A stretch of 62,818 nucleotides of DNA, filler included, from Choristocarpus tenellus KU-1152 (lineage: Eukaryota > Protista > Phaeophyceae): assembly GCA_964200185.2 (NCBI GenBank). It is 8 parts of 8 records of this genome, joined end to end, with 100 filler letters (N's around TTAATTAATTAA, not from the genome) between each part and the next. Parts side by side here need not be neighbours in the genome. Positions count along the whole stretch, not along the records: positions 59,011 to 62,818 come from CAXNAD020017814.1; 7 more parts are not named here. One strand, given 5' to 3'. The stretch's first letter is position 1; each line of letters opens with the position of its first letter. Of this stretch, positions 61,355-62,818 are shown piece by piece. The notes beneath the pieces were generated by a model. It was not told the DNA's origin. It ran no database searches and saw only the letters and a list, made by a program, of their open reading frames with translations. The position numbers were made by a program, and so were the translations under genes.

Positions 61355-62620
61355 CTACCACCAATCTATAAGCTTTGGGTAAGCCTCTGTCAACACATGC
61401 CAAAGATTTAGGGGGGAGGAGTACTTGTCGTTCCACAATTCTGCCTCGACACGACCGAGAAACAGAGCTTTTCTCGATGCGAGTGCTTCTATGTCCTTCG
61501 CACACACCCCGCGGCACAAGCCGTTGAGGATTGCCTTGTGCACATAGCAGTGATGGTCAAGGACAATAAGATTTGCAGATTTCCCAGCCCGCATTGACCT
61601 AAAGCCGTAGTCATGAATAACCTGTTGAAGGACACAGGTTTGCACACGATAGTATGGTGGTGAGGATAGGTTTGCCGAGCGGAGGAGTTCCTGCGCGCAA
61701 GGCCTCAAGGAATCGATCTGTCATTCCGATGTTAAACTTACCATCCTCCGACATGGGCAGTTCATCCTCACTGCCAATTCCACGTCACTCCCCTTGACGT
61801 CGGATGATGTTTTGTGGGATGATGACTCCCCACCGCTATGCACCGGAGAGAATATATTGTCCAGCAAGGTTGTAGGCGGAGTTCCACGCATATGCTTCCC
61901 CTTGCGAGTGGGAATCCGTTTTTTTGAAGCAGAAGGTTGTGTGGATCCAGAATCCCTGACAACAACAACAGCATCCCTGGAAGACTTCCGTCGCTTAACA
62001 GGGGGGGAACGACAGTATGCATCGTCCTCTTCGACGCCATCCTCGACACTTGCTGAGGAACCGTCATAGCTCTCCCCATCCTGGACTGATTCCACTTCAG
62101 GTGTTGGAGTCGTCAGGCATCCTGTGGGTAGCAACGCCGTCTCCTCCCCGTCGGAGTCGATGGCATCCCACCCAATAGGAGTGGGTCCGAGGTCATCATC
62201 GGAGTCACTTCCAGCCATAACTACAAGAGGGGAGAGCCGCACACTCTCCGGCGCGTCCGGAGTGCCGCGAAGTCCCCCGTCCTTTTCTTGCGCGAACTCT
62301 TCGTCTGGCCAGAACTTGTGACACAATTTCGCCAGCTCATGTGCGAATCGTTCGTCCTTGTCGGGGTCACCATTCCCCAACAGCTTGGCAAATGCGTGGA
62401 CCACCCCCCCCGGGCGCACAAGCATAGACGACAAGCCATCGTTGAACGAAGTCTTCAACTTGGCCCAAACATCGTCCATGTCATGGACCCCATGGGTGGT
62501 CTTGCCTGGAAGATGACAACACAGGTGGCACGCCTCGGACCTGGATCGGCGCGGGGAACGAATGTCAGGAGTAGAGGTGTTAAGAGTATCTTGTGTGTAT
62601 TGTCGTCTGGTTTGGGGCAA
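61355..62620 (-). pseudogene. Large decayed intronless ORF of unknown origin (probably mobile element)
   Basis: ORFs 62620-61721 and 61708-61355 are in the same frame, separated by one TGA (~420 codons). Acidic low-complexity centre and NLS-like PVKRRK. Confidence 0.45.
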
Positions 62621-62818
62621 GTGTAATTTTTTGTTGTAGCCTGCGGTGTTAAAACCCCTACAACGGCCCTTAAGGCGAGCTTGTTAGGAATTAATGTGTG
62701 GAAGTGAGGAACATGCACTATCGAGGCCGGTGTCTACGAGTTGTGTTCTTGTTCCACACGAAATTGTTATGGTTATCTTTGACATTTTCGAAACGTGTGT
62801 TGGGGGGGGGGGGGGGCA

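Noticed and set aside
61721-61723. In-frame TGA as selenocysteine or readthrough
   Set aside because: No redox motif or SECIS evident, and further stops and frameshifts downstream point to pseudogenisation.

Overview
Eukaryotic DNA with long-intron genes; by inference a stramenopile, probably brown-algal lineage. The window is not contiguous: it joins 8 contigs with seven artificial 100-bp linkers (N44-TTAATTAATTAA-N44), so neighbourhood across linkers has no meaning. Most six-frame ORFs are noise. Manual splicing gives five genes: (1) 13 frame-consistent exons of a multi-EF-hand-like repeat protein (+, 1042-14965); (2) a complete 6-exon, 302-aa membrane protein with an RRLQ motif (-, 24700-28898); (3) a partial Clu-domain protein with a probable GC-AG intron and a large insertion (+, 31010-41297); (4) a partial RUS/DUF647 gene (+, 50462-52718); (5) the 3' half of a RanBP1 gene (+, 55833-58827). 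There is also a ~200-aa unknown ORF (-, 44151-44753). Non-coding DNA holds three related MITE families with 3-bp TSDs (including a triple nest), a decayed mariner with a Stowaway-type TIR, a CRE-like retrotransposon 3' fragment, two large unassigned ORFs and minisatellites. Short TTAGGG/CCCTAA tracts are conspicuously common, and some replace sequence inside individual repeat copies. No CRISPR, rRNA or tRNA was seen.
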